IMG/VR virus record: IMGVR_UViG_3300034656_000087
DNA from: an uncultured virus (IMG/VR IMGVR_UViG_3300034656_000087)
Lineage: Duplodnaviria > Heunggongvirae > Uroviricota > Caudoviricetes
DNA: 20,000 nucleotides
Strand: one strand, 5' to 3'
Shown: piece by piece, positions 8,630-16,375 of the stretch
How the letters are laid out: every line of letters starts with the position of its first letter
Position numbering within the stretch: the stretch's first letter is position 1
Program-made: the position numbers and the translations under genes
The notes under the pieces: model-generated
The model's input: only the letters and a program-made list of their open reading frames with translations
Database searches by the model: none
What the model was told of the DNA's origin: nothing

Positions 8630-9457
8630 TTACACCGCCAGCAAATGAAGAGTGTGGCTAAGGCGTTCTTCGCCCTGTTTAGCTCTGGTTTGGAAAAAAT
8701 TATCAATGGAGTCAAGTCTAGCAGGGTCTGACCCAAGAAAAGCCCCCCACCAATAATCTAGCTCCGTTTTTGCCGAGGCGAAGGCATCGGGGTGTGATTT
8801 TGCGGCTCGAGTCACAAAAGCGGCATCAAAGGGCAGGCCATGCTCATAGGTCATTATTGCCATCATCTGATTCTTATATATCCCGCTTGGATCCAGGCAC
8901 TGGTCCGTCCACATCAAGCGAACGGGTAAGTTGCTGTGGTCAATGATGAAGGCATTCTTCTCATCTTTAATTAAAAAATTGCCTAAATTGCGGTCTTCAT
9001 TCGCTGCCCAATCATCAAACGCAATCAGTCGTGGAGCACCATGCCAGCCACTAAGAAGTTGGCGTGTAAGACGAACGGTAAGTTCGTGTGGCAAGTTGTT
9101 GAACCTAGAATTAGGGGAACTACCTGGCGCTTCGCTTACAGCAAATGCGTAGGGGTATATTTCATCAACAGGCATTCCGAGGGAATCGATCAACGTCGCG
9201 CTAAGCTGAACAATTCCAGCATGCTCTGGTACAGGCAAATGGCAAGCACGAGCTATCACGTAGCCTGTGATTTCATTGACCACACCAAGATACCGGTCCT
9301 TGGTAAAGCACTTTAGGTAGCTTCGCCGCTGCTCACCATCAGGCCAAAGTAAATCACAAGCAAAGGTTTCAGCTATGCAACCGTCTTGCGCCCTACCTCT
9401 GAAGCTGCAAACGTCCTCAGGACTGATCAAATCAATAACAAAACTTTGCATGCTCAC
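8630..9457 (-). CDS. HipA-like (HipA_2-type) Ser/Thr kinase
   Basis: Beta3 Lys (YLKCF), alphaC Glu (VNEITG), LPVP, catalytic loop FDDWAANEDRNLGN, Mg-binding IDH. Start is GTG 9457 or ATG 9451. Confidence 0.85.
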   Translation of the reverse strand: MSMQSFVIDLISPEDVCSFRGRAQDGCIAETFACDLLWPDGEQRRSYLKCFTKDRYLGVVNEITGYVIARACHLPVPEHAGIVQLSATLIDSLGMPVDEIYPYAFAVSEAPGSSPNSRFNNLPHELTVRLTRQLLSGWHGAPRLIAFDDWAANEDRNLGNFLIKDEKNAFIIDHSNLPVRLMWTDQCLDPSGIYKNQMMAIMTYEHGLPFDAAFVTRAAKSHPDAFASAKTELDYWWGAFLGSDPARLDSIDNFFQTRAKQGEERLSHTLHLLAV

Positions 9458-9503
9458 CTACCACTTTCAATTTTTCATCAGATTATCTGGTTAGGCGAAT
9501 GCC

Positions 9504-9869
9504 TTAAAAATCAACCGCCCCATCCAACTGACACCGCGCTTGATGCACCACCACCCCGCGCACCATCCGCGCCGTGGCCATCAAGCCATTACCCCCATTC
9601 GGCGGCAACAGCCGATACCGAGACCCCACGCGAAACGTCTTGTACAGGTGGAGCGCGTCGTCCATTTCCACCACTACTAAGTCGTCATGGCCAAGGCTTT
9701 GCGATTCATCGACCACTAACACATCGCCCTCGATCACCGCGCCATGAATGCCCGCTTCCGGCCCTACCTCAACAGCAAAGCAGTTGGGGGAATAGCCGTC
9801 GCAATCGACATCGGTCAAGGCAGGGTGGTCAATCCCCAACGCCAACGGCCCTAAGTACGTCAATCGCAT
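9504..9869 (-). CDS. Stand-alone UmuD/LexA S24-like domain protein, apparently catalytically inactive
   Basis: FAVEV...IEGDVLVVD...GHDDLVVVEMDD...RL.P.N...VRGVVVH follows the S24 fold pattern, but GDSM is replaced by GPEAG; no HTH. Confidence 0.65.
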   Translation of the reverse strand: MRLTYLGPLALGIDHPALTDVDCDGYSPNCFAVEVGPEAGIHGAVIEGDVLVVDESQSLGHDDLVVVEMDDALHLYKTFRVGSRYRLLPPNGGNGLMATARMVRGVVVHQARCQLDGAVDF

Positions 9870-9877
9870 GGTTCAGA

Positions 9878-10534
9878 TCACCGGCAGATGCTTTCACACG
9901 GCACGCCGTCTTTATCGCGGTCGAGGCGTTGAAGGCCGCACTGTTCTAAATGGAAGTAAGCTTGCACGCAGCTGGTCATATCGCCGCAATACGGCTTATC
10001 GCTGCAGCTCCAAGGCGATTCGTTGGCGGAAGAAACAGGAGTGGTGGCCGGGGCGGGTAACCGCTCACCTTTCCGCCAGCTCCAAGGTTCAATAGGGTCA
10101 TCAAATGCCCAAAGCCCCCGGCCCGCTTCACGCGCGGCGGTTTCATTCTCAAGGAAGCTCGAATCGGTCATGTAATCGCGGTAGACCCATGCACCGCCGC
10201 GCTCCACCATCTCGCGGTTCACATCAAGATCGCCCACGTAAAAGCGCCCAAGCGTGCGGCCATAGCGGTCGGTGCCTTCCGATTCCAGCGTGACCAGATC
10301 CTGAGCCACCATATCGGCCAGCATGGTGGCGGCATCCTCGCCAAACGGTTGATCGTTTTCGGGTGCATCGATCTCTGTCAGCCGAACGCGTAGTTCATTG
10401 CCGCCAGTCATAAAGATAACCGTATCGCCATCGGTGACAGAGACAACTCTGCCGCTCAGTGCGTCGGCTAGTGCGATAGGCGCAACAAGAGATAGCAGCA
10501 CTGCCCACAGGCAGTTCTTCATTTTTACTTTCAT
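9878..10534 (-). CDS. Secreted thermonuclease (SNase family) with C-terminal Excalibur Ca-binding domain
   Basis: Signal peptide ending ALA; DGDT, VRL, IDAPE, DRYGRTL, GRGLW SNase motifs; C-terminal C..MTSC..A......C....LDRDKDGVPCE. Confidence 0.92.
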   Translation of the reverse strand: MKVKMKNCLWAVLLSLVAPIALADALSGRVVSVTDGDTVIFMTGGNELRVRLTEIDAPENDQPFGEDAATMLADMVAQDLVTLESEGTDRYGRTLGRFYVGDLDVNREMVERGGAWVYRDYMTDSSFLENETAAREAGRGLWAFDDPIEPWSWRKGERLPAPATTPVSSANESPWSCSDKPYCGDMTSCVQAYFHLEQCGLQRLDRDKDGVPCESICR

Positions 10535-10547
10535 GACACGAAGACCT

Positions 10548-11117
10548 TTATTGGCAGTTATTGACGCAGTAAGGCTTTAGCTCGCTAATGAGCGCATCAA
10601 GCCCAGGCGACCGGTCTTCGTAATAGATATCGATATAATCCTCAGTCCACTGAAAGCCATACTCAGTCTGAGTCTTCACATCGGTTAAAGAATCAACGTC
10701 GATGAGGCTGGAAATAGCATCCAGCGCCTGATCACGGTTGATGTGAATGGTTACCTCACGGTCATTCAGCAGCATGCCTTCATCAGCACGCTGAAAGCCG
10801 GGGATCTGGTAGGGAATGGCTGAAACGGTAACCGATTCGATGGGCGTATGGGCAAACACGTTATAGATGCCGTATACAGCAGCACGCCAGTTTTCGTAGT
10901 ACACCACTTCTTCTAGGTCATTCTTGAGGACGGTTTTGGACAAGCGGTAGTGCGGCTCGCTTGGGTCCAGAATTTCCAGAGAATTGTTTGAAGGGTCGTA
11001 ATCCTGGTGGGCATACATCAGCTCTTCTACGGTCTCAAACTGCTCTGGAAGATCCGCCAGCGCAGCCGATGAAAGCGCAAAAAGCCCAACAATCGATAGT
11101 GTTTTAATAACGTGCAT
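10548..11117 (-). CDS. Hypothetical secreted/periplasmic acidic protein
   Basis: GGGAG/AAGGG RBS, Sec-type signal peptide (KTLSIVGLFALSSAALA), D/E-rich mature part; tight spacing with neighbours. Confidence 0.8.
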   Translation of the reverse strand: MHVIKTLSIVGLFALSSAALADLPEQFETVEELMYAHQDYDPSNNSLEILDPSEPHYRLSKTVLKNDLEEVVYYENWRAAVYGIYNVFAHTPIESVTVSAIPYQIPGFQRADEGMLLNDREVTIHINRDQALDAISSLIDVDSLTDVKTQTEYGFQWTEDYIDIYYEDRSPGLDALISELKPYCVNNCQ

Positions 11118-11147
11118 TCCCTTACTCCCTGTCGTTTTTTTATACCC

Positions 11148-11891
11148 CTAGAGCACCTGCCCCAGGTTCACCAAACACCGGCCCAGCACTTCAACAAACT
11201 GCTTTTGCTCCGGTGCTATCAGCTCTTTGTCGTAGCGCGGGTTATCGCTGATCAGTAGCCAGCCCCCGCCCGCTACGCGCTGCATTCTTTTTATCCGGCG
11301 CTCGCCATCCATCAAAATCAGGTAGACGCCCTCGCGGCTTGGGTCGCGTTGGGTGAAATCAACAAACACGTAATCGCCGTCGTCGATCGTGCCCACCATC
11401 GAGTCACCGCGCGCCCGCACCCACGCCCCCGAATCCGCGGGCAGTTTCAGTTCTGCTAGCACCGTACGGTCCATGTGGAAGTAACCCAGCACGGGCTCGC
11501 CCTCAAAGCTGCGCCCGCTGCCCGCTGCACACTCCACGTCATACATCGGGATCGAGGCGACGCTAGGGTCGTTTAAACGCTGTTCTAAATAGAGCGCCTG
11601 GTCTTGAGCATCAGAAAGTTGGTTTTTTTCAGTTGAATTAAATCGTTCTGAATTTACATCTGAAAGCGAATTATTCGAATGAAAGTCATCCGAACGTGAA
11701 CCAGAAAAAAGATAATTCACGTCGACACCCAGCGCTCTCAGTTTTTGAAGATAGTAGGCGTCAGGCGCTCTCTTATCGGTTTCGTAGTTGTATTGAGCCA
11801 CTTTTTTGACGCCGCCAGCTTCCCCGAATGCCTCTTGAGACATCCCAAGCCTAACCCTTTCTTCTTTAAGTCGACTGCCGAAGCTATTCAC
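11148..11891 (-). CDS. Prophage repressor CI (XRE HTH + S24 autopeptidase)
   Basis: RLKEERVRLGMSQEAFG...QYNYETDKRAP HTH; Ala-Gly cleavage site (CAAGSG), catalytic Ser (GDSM) and Lys (IKR); GTG start with AAGGA RBS 7 nt upstream. Confidence 0.93.
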   Translation of the reverse strand: MNSFGSRLKEERVRLGMSQEAFGEAGGVKKVAQYNYETDKRAPDAYYLQKLRALGVDVNYLFSGSRSDDFHSNNSLSDVNSERFNSTEKNQLSDAQDQALYLEQRLNDPSVASIPMYDVECAAGSGRSFEGEPVLGYFHMDRTVLAELKLPADSGAWVRARGDSMVGTIDDGDYVFVDFTQRDPSREGVYLILMDGERRIKRMQRVAGGGWLLISDNPRYDKELIAPEQKQFVEVLGRCLVNLGQVL

Positions 11892-11909
11892 GTAAAGATC
11901 CTTTTGGAG

Positions 11910-11938
11910 TTGACGTATTCACGTTTGTGAATCATCAT
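11910..11938 (+). promoter_or_regulatory. Early rightward promoter with a palindromic operator filling the spacer
   Basis: TTGACG (11910-11915), 17 nt, CATCAT (11933-11938). The spacer contains the perfect inverted repeat ATTCAC-gttt-GTGAAT (11917-11932). Confidence 0.65.
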
Positions 11939-11985
11939 TCTCGTATGTATACAGACCGATAAGACCTATAGAGGAAGCCTAACCC

Positions 11986-12198
11986 ATGACGCTAGTGAAC
12001 GCCACGAAGGCCACTCATCCGAGTCCATCGCCTTCCAATAACAAAACCACCCAGGTGCTTGTGCGTGTAACTCCAGCGGTGCGCGCTGAGCTAGAGGGCA
12101 TTGCTGAGATTGAGCAGCGCTCTTTGTCAGCAGCAACTCGAATCATGATCGAGCGCGGTATTAGCCAGTACAAAACCGAATCACTCATCGCCGATTAA
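11986..12198 (+). CDS. Ribbon-helix-helix (Arc-like) regulator in the cro position
   Basis: QVLVRVTPAVRAELEGIAEIEQRSLSAATRIMIERGI fits the RHH pattern; GAGGA RBS; divergent from cI. Confidence 0.75.
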   Translation: MTLVNATKATHPSPSPSNNKTTQVLVRVTPAVRAELEGIAEIEQRSLSAATRIMIERGISQYKTESLIAD

Positions 12199-12232
12199 CC
12201 CCCGTTTGTGACGCTGCATAAGGAACCTAGCC

Positions 12233-12436
12233 ATGCACCAAGACGTTCGTCGCATCCGTTCACGCTACGCCGCCGTCAATCTTGACGACTACGAAGCCAA
12301 GCTCATTGACGCCCTGGTGGACTACACCGGTATGTCGAAAGCCACCTTGCTACGCCAGCTCATTCTCAAAGAGGCATTAGAAACGCTGGGTGTTAGTGAC
12401 ATCGTCAATTCCAGTGTGGGCCAACGCGTATCGTGA
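12233..12436 (+). CDS. Small RHH-like phage regulatory protein
   Basis: AVNLDDYEAKLIDALVDYTGMSKATLLRQLIL; AAGGA RBS. Confidence 0.7.
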   Translation: MHQDVRRIRSRYAAVNLDDYEAKLIDALVDYTGMSKATLLRQLILKEALETLGVSDIVNSSVGQRVS

Positions 12437-12473
12437 AGGCAGGCACCAAAAAGGCCCAAAAGGAGCACCCGGA

Positions 12474-12662
12474 ATGCCCCAACACCACCTAGTGCTGGAT
12501 GAGGAGCTTGAACGCCAGCTAGAGGCAGTGCGACAGCAGCAAGGGCTTGAAACGATCGACCAAGCTGCTGAATGGCTGCTTCGCCGTCGAATGCGAAAGG
12601 GCGTGGGAAGCCTCACCGGAAGAGGTCGCGCCCTATACGACATAAGGGGGCGAAGTGACTGA
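12474..12662 (+). CDS. Small RHH-like hypothetical protein
   Basis: Start reassigned to ATG 12474 (AGGAG at 12461-12465); HLVLDEELERQLEAVRQQQGLETIDQAAEWLL. Confidence 0.65.
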   Translation: MPQHHLVLDEELERQLEAVRQQQGLETIDQAAEWLLRRRMRKGVGSLTGRGRALYDIRGRSD

Positions 12663-12942
12663 GCAAACCGATGCGCTAAGCCGGTTGCGGTTCGACTGCC
12701 CCCACTGCGGGGCACACATGAAAGTGCGGACTTCGAAGACGCATTTACCTGTGTTTCGCGAACTCTACCTGCACTGCTCAAGAGAGTTCGAGTGTGGGTA
12801 CCGATGCAAAGCCGACCTCAACGTTACTGAAACGCTCGCGCCCAGCCGCACGCCCAACCCGGATATCGATGTAAAGACATCATCCTGGTTGATGCGGCAA
12901 GTGCGATTAGACCTAGCCGAAGAAAAGGAATCGCCCAAATGA
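12655..12942 (+). CDS. Ogr/Delta-like zinc-finger late transcription activator
   Basis: CPHCG...VRTS...RELYLHC....CGY...TLAPS..PNP. Confidence 0.88.
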   Translation: MTEQTDALSRLRFDCPHCGAHMKVRTSKTHLPVFRELYLHCSREFECGYRCKADLNVTETLAPSRTPNPDIDVKTSSWLMRQVRLDLAEEKESPK

Positions 12943-13316
12943 ACGTGCTACCGATCCACTCAGCCAAAAGCCCGTTTGACCTAGCCACCGAGCTGCTCTG
13001 GTCGCACCGCCACGACAGCCGCGCCGAAGCGCTGCGTATCACCATCGGCACTCTGGTGCATGACTACGGCCACAGCGAAGCCACCGCCGAAGTAGCGGCC
13101 ATCCAAGCCTTTGCCGACCTCGATAGCGTCAACGAATCGGCGCGCATCGATGTGGATGCCACCACCTCCCACGTCGTGATTTTTCGCGACGACAGTGGCC
13201 GCCCGGTAATGCTCACCGCCCGCGACCTGAGCCGGATGATTCAGCAAGCCCGCGACGCTGGCCTCGCCCGCGTGGTGGATGCCGATACCCGCCGCCCTGT
13301 CGTTCTTGAGCATTGA
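12939..13316 (+). CDS. Hypothetical phage protein
   Basis: ATGA overlap with ogr, AAGGA RBS, codon style like the phage backbone. Confidence 0.75.
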   Translation: MNVLPIHSAKSPFDLATELLWSHRHDSRAEALRITIGTLVHDYGHSEATAEVAAIQAFADLDSVNESARIDVDATTSHVVIFRDDSGRPVMLTARDLSRMIQQARDAGLARVVDADTRRPVVLEH

Positions 13317-13338
13317 GCTGATTTTAGGGAGAGACACC

Positions 13339-13746
13339 ATGGCCACCGTGACCCCATTACCCGCCCGCCAAGCGCCGGCACGCGTGCAAACAGACCGCGC
13401 GGGCTTTGGTGAACTGCGTGCCGAGCTACACAGCCGCGCCGCTGATCAAGATCTGATTAGCGTCTGGGCAGACCTGCCCTTCGCTGAGCGCCGCCTAGTG
13501 CTGAAAAGCGCAGGCCTAGCCGTAGACGCCACTCAGCAAATCAGTCAGCTCACCAAGCCAGAGCGCGCCGCCGTGCGCGCTGCCATTCACCGCATGAGCG
13601 AGTACGCCAGCGGCCTGAAAGACCAGATCCGCAACCGTAAGCACCCCAGCGCAGAGCTTGCCAGCCACGCCCGCGTGGCGCTGGAGGAAGGCAACACTAA
13701 GGCCGCGCTGCACTGGCTGTCACTGATTGAGAAGGGGGTGGCGTAA
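13339..13746 (+). CDS. Hypothetical early protein, weakly P2 gpB-like
   Basis: Start ATG 13339 after GGGAGAG. W..L...ERR.VL..AGL......L...ER..V..AI resembles the repeated unit of P2 replication protein B (recalled by eye); located upstream of gpA. Confidence 0.55.
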   Translation: MATVTPLPARQAPARVQTDRAGFGELRAELHSRAADQDLISVWADLPFAERRLVLKSAGLAVDATQQISQLTKPERAAVRAAIHRMSEYASGLKDQIRNRKHPSAELASHARVALEEGNTKAALHWLSLIEKGVA

Positions 13747-14108
13747 TGAGCATGGACGCCATTTTATGCAAAAAGCAAACGCGCCAACTCAACAGGCTCT
13801 CACCAGCATGGGCGTGGGGGCTGAAGTTGAAGCAGCGCTATGACGCAGGCCACGAAATGCGCGAATCCGCAAAAGCGCTGGAGCGTGAAGCTGAAAGCCT
13901 GGAGAAGTATTGCGTCCATTTTGGTTTATGCCTGTTCCAGCGCGCCGCCGTGCTGCGTACCGCCCGCCAGATACGCGAAACCGCTGAGCGTATCCGCAGA
14001 GAGGCCGGCGAAGCTGCCTGGCTGGGGGCCGACTACAACGTGGTGGATCTTGCCAATGCCAAGCCAGTCACGTCCGACAGGATAGCAAGCGCGGAGGTGG
14101 TCGCTTGA
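13746..14108 (+). CDS. Hypothetical phage protein (helical)
   Basis: TAATG coupling to the upstream gene and 4-nt overlap with gpA. Confidence 0.7.
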   Translation: MSMDAILCKKQTRQLNRLSPAWAWGLKLKQRYDAGHEMRESAKALEREAESLEKYCVHFGLCLFQRAAVLRTARQIRETAERIRREAGEAAWLGADYNVVDLANAKPVTSDRIASAEVVA

Positions 14109-16375
14109 GCGCACTGGAAAGAGCCTTTGCCTACAGCTCAGGCACTCGGGATTGCCGCGAATTCATCGAGGAGCAGCTTTCCCCGCTGCCCTCGCTAGCC
14201 GACCAGCTGGCCGATGGTTACGTTCATGTGTCAAAGCGCCATGGCCATGCCGCCGCTAACCGCTGGCTTCGTCGCAACAGGAAGGGCCTGGTCGAGCCTT
14301 CGTTCGTGCTGGGTCGGTTCCTGCCGATCCAGCCCGCCCTAACCCGCGCGATGAACTCCATAGTGAATCGCGCTCCCACGACGATTGAAGGGTTGCATGC
14401 AGCTAGCCAGTGGTTAAAGAGCGTCGAAAAGCGCCTGATCATCGGCAGCCTGAACGCTACCCACGACGATGAAGCGCTTGTGAATCACGCTCAAGCGCAG
14501 GCCGCCGCGATTGATAAGAAAGCGAGTCTCTTGATAGGCGAGATTGCCAAGGTAAACAAGTTACAGCGGTTAGGGCTGTTGCCGCCCGCCGAACGCCCGC
14601 GCATCGCGAGCAGCCGCAAGGCGCTGTCCAAGCAATTCCGCGACTATCAAGACGCTTGCGCCCGCATCCGCAATCAGCTCACACCGCCGCCCTTCATCGG
14701 CGACTTTCGCTTTCAGCAGTGGCACTACCTGCGTCCGCTGTGCATTTCCGTTGTTCGCGCTACCGCTATCGAGTTCGGGCGCGCTAAGTGCAAGCTCCAC
14801 GGCATTGCGCCGCCCAGCGATAAGCTGCCGGGCAAAACCCAGCTAGCCCGCCTGAGCTGTTCGCTTTGGTGGCGTCGCAAGCTGCGTCGCCAGTGTGGCC
14901 GCGCTGTTGAGCAGGTGATGCGCGAAGCCCACCGCGTGCACAAGCAGGCGGGCATCTACTGCAGTAATTTTACGGTGGAGCGCCGTCGCGCCCAGAAATT
15001 CCGCAATAACGCCTTGCTGGAAACCATGGAGGCCATCAACCAGGAGGGGCAGGTTTTTACCCTGGCTGAGCTGGCTGAAAAGGGCCTGGCGAATCCCGAT
15101 CATCGCCGCGCTGAGTTGATGCTACGCATCAGCGATACCGAAGCCGAAGCGCGCCGCCTGGGGCATACGGGCATGTTTTACACCATAACAACGCCCAGCC
15201 GGTTCCATCCGGTTATACAGAAAAACAGCCGCCGCAATCGGAAGTACGACGGCTCTACGCCACGCGAGGCTCAGCAGTATTTGCAAGGGCTATGGGCGAA
15301 GGTTCGTGCCAAGCTAGCCCGCGACGATATCGGTGTTTACGGCATCCGCGTGGTAGAGCCGCACCACGACGGCACGCCGCATTGGCACCTATTGCTATGG
15401 ATGAAGCCCGAAGACGAAGACGCCATTACACAGACGCTTGGCGAATACGCTGAAGCCGAAAGCCCCGAAGAGCTTTACGACCGCAAGGGAGAGAAGACCA
15501 CTGCGCGCTTTGACGCCAAGCGAATCGACTACAAGAAAGGCACTGCCGCCGGTTACGTCGCCAAATACATCTCTAAAAATATCAACGGCGAACAGTTCAT
15601 GGAAATGGACAAATACGGCCATGAAATGAAGACCAGCGCGCCGCGTATTGAAGCGTGGGCAAGCGTGTGGGGCATCCGCCAGTTCCAGTTTTTGGGCCTG
15701 CCGTCCGTCACGGTGTGGCGTGAAGTGCGCCGACTCACCGAGAAGCAAGACGCCATGCTGAAAGACTGGGAAGCCGCCACACGCCCTCACCCCTGCGCAG
15801 CACAGCGCTTTGCCCAGATCCGCAAGGCGGCCAACGCAGGTCAATGGGATCAGTTTCTACGACTCATGGGCGGCCCGATGACCAAGCGTAAAGACCAGCC
15901 TATAAGGCCGTGGGTGGAAACCAAGATGAATACCGGTGCGCACATTGAAAAATTCAGCCACGCGACCGGTGAATACTTTGGAGCCGAAGCGGTGGTGGCA
16001 AAAGGTCGTTACGGCGAAGAGCAGAAGGTCACGTTTGGCCTAGTGGCCACCGGTCGCCCTGGCTTTTCTAGCGAGTACATGACCCGCGTTTACAAGTGGC
16101 AGGTTCGCGCGAAGGGCGCACGGTCTGGGGTTGGTTTTCAGGCTGAAGGCGAAGCCGAAAGCCCTTGGACTCGTGTCACTAACTGTACGCAGGGGCCAGA
16201 TATCCAGCCCCGCGAGCCATCACCAGCAGAGCTAAAAGCCCAGCTCGAACGCTTCAAAGCGTGGCAGAGCTCAGAAATTTACCAAGTAGAGCGCGATGCC
16301 GAGTACGAAGACGCCATCGCAGCAAGAGAAGCCGCGCGAATCCTGTTCGCGCCGCCCCCCCCCATCACCGTATAG
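14105..16375 (+). CDS. Rolling-circle replication endonuclease (P2 gpA-like, HUH-Y2)
   Basis: WWRRKLRR, NPDHRRAELM, FYTITTPSRFH, RVVEPHHDGTPHWHLL, GYVAKYISKNI, WASVWGIRQFQF; TTG start after GGAGG. Confidence 0.95.
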   Translation: MSALERAFAYSSGTRDCREFIEEQLSPLPSLADQLADGYVHVSKRHGHAAANRWLRRNRKGLVEPSFVLGRFLPIQPALTRAMNSIVNRAPTTIEGLHAASQWLKSVEKRLIIGSLNATHDDEALVNHAQAQAAAIDKKASLLIGEIAKVNKLQRLGLLPPAERPRIASSRKALSKQFRDYQDACARIRNQLTPPPFIGDFRFQQWHYLRPLCISVVRATAIEFGRAKCKLHGIAPPSDKLPGKTQLARLSCSLWWRRKLRRQCGRAVEQVMREAHRVHKQAGIYCSNFTVERRRAQKFRNNALLETMEAINQEGQVFTLAELAEKGLANPDHRRAELMLRISDTEAEARRLGHTGMFYTITTPSRFHPVIQKNSRRNRKYDGSTPREAQQYLQGLWAKVRAKLARDDIGVYGIRVVEPHHDGTPHWHLLLWMKPEDEDAITQTLGEYAEAESPEELYDRKGEKTTARFDAKRIDYKKGTAAGYVAKYISKNINGEQFMEMDKYGHEMKTSAPRIEAWASVWGIRQFQFLGLPSVTVWREVRRLTEKQDAMLKDWEAATRPHPCAAQRFAQIRKAANAGQWDQFLRLMGGPMTKRKDQPIRPWVETKMNTGAHIEKFSHATGEYFGAEAVVAKGRYGEEQKVTFGLVATGRPGFSSEYMTRVYKWQVRAKGARSGVGFQAEGEAESPWTRVTNCTQGPDIQPREPSPAELKAQLERFKAWQSSEIYQVERDAEYEDAIAAREAARILFAPPPPITV
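16161..16186 (+). other. Putative replication origin (gpA nick site) inside gene A
   Basis: GCCCTTG^GACTCGTGTCACTAACTGT resembles the P2 ori (GCGCCTCG^GAGTCCTGTCAATAACTG) at the equivalent 3' position of gene A. Confidence 0.65.

Noticed and set aside
9504..9869. Functional umuD of a mutagenesis cassette
   Set aside because: No catalytic Ser motif, no Cys/Ala-Gly cleavage context like UmuD, and no umuC nearby; kept only as a degenerate S24-like protein.
9386..10293. Plus-strand ORFs 9386..9949, 9868..10095, 10105..10293
   Set aside because: Antisense to well-supported minus-strand genes; low-complexity Pro/Arg translations.
11939..11954. LexA SOS box in the immunity region
   Set aside because: Only the right half (TATACAG) fits CTGT-N8-ACAG; the left half is TCTC. 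CI has its own RecA-cleavable domain.
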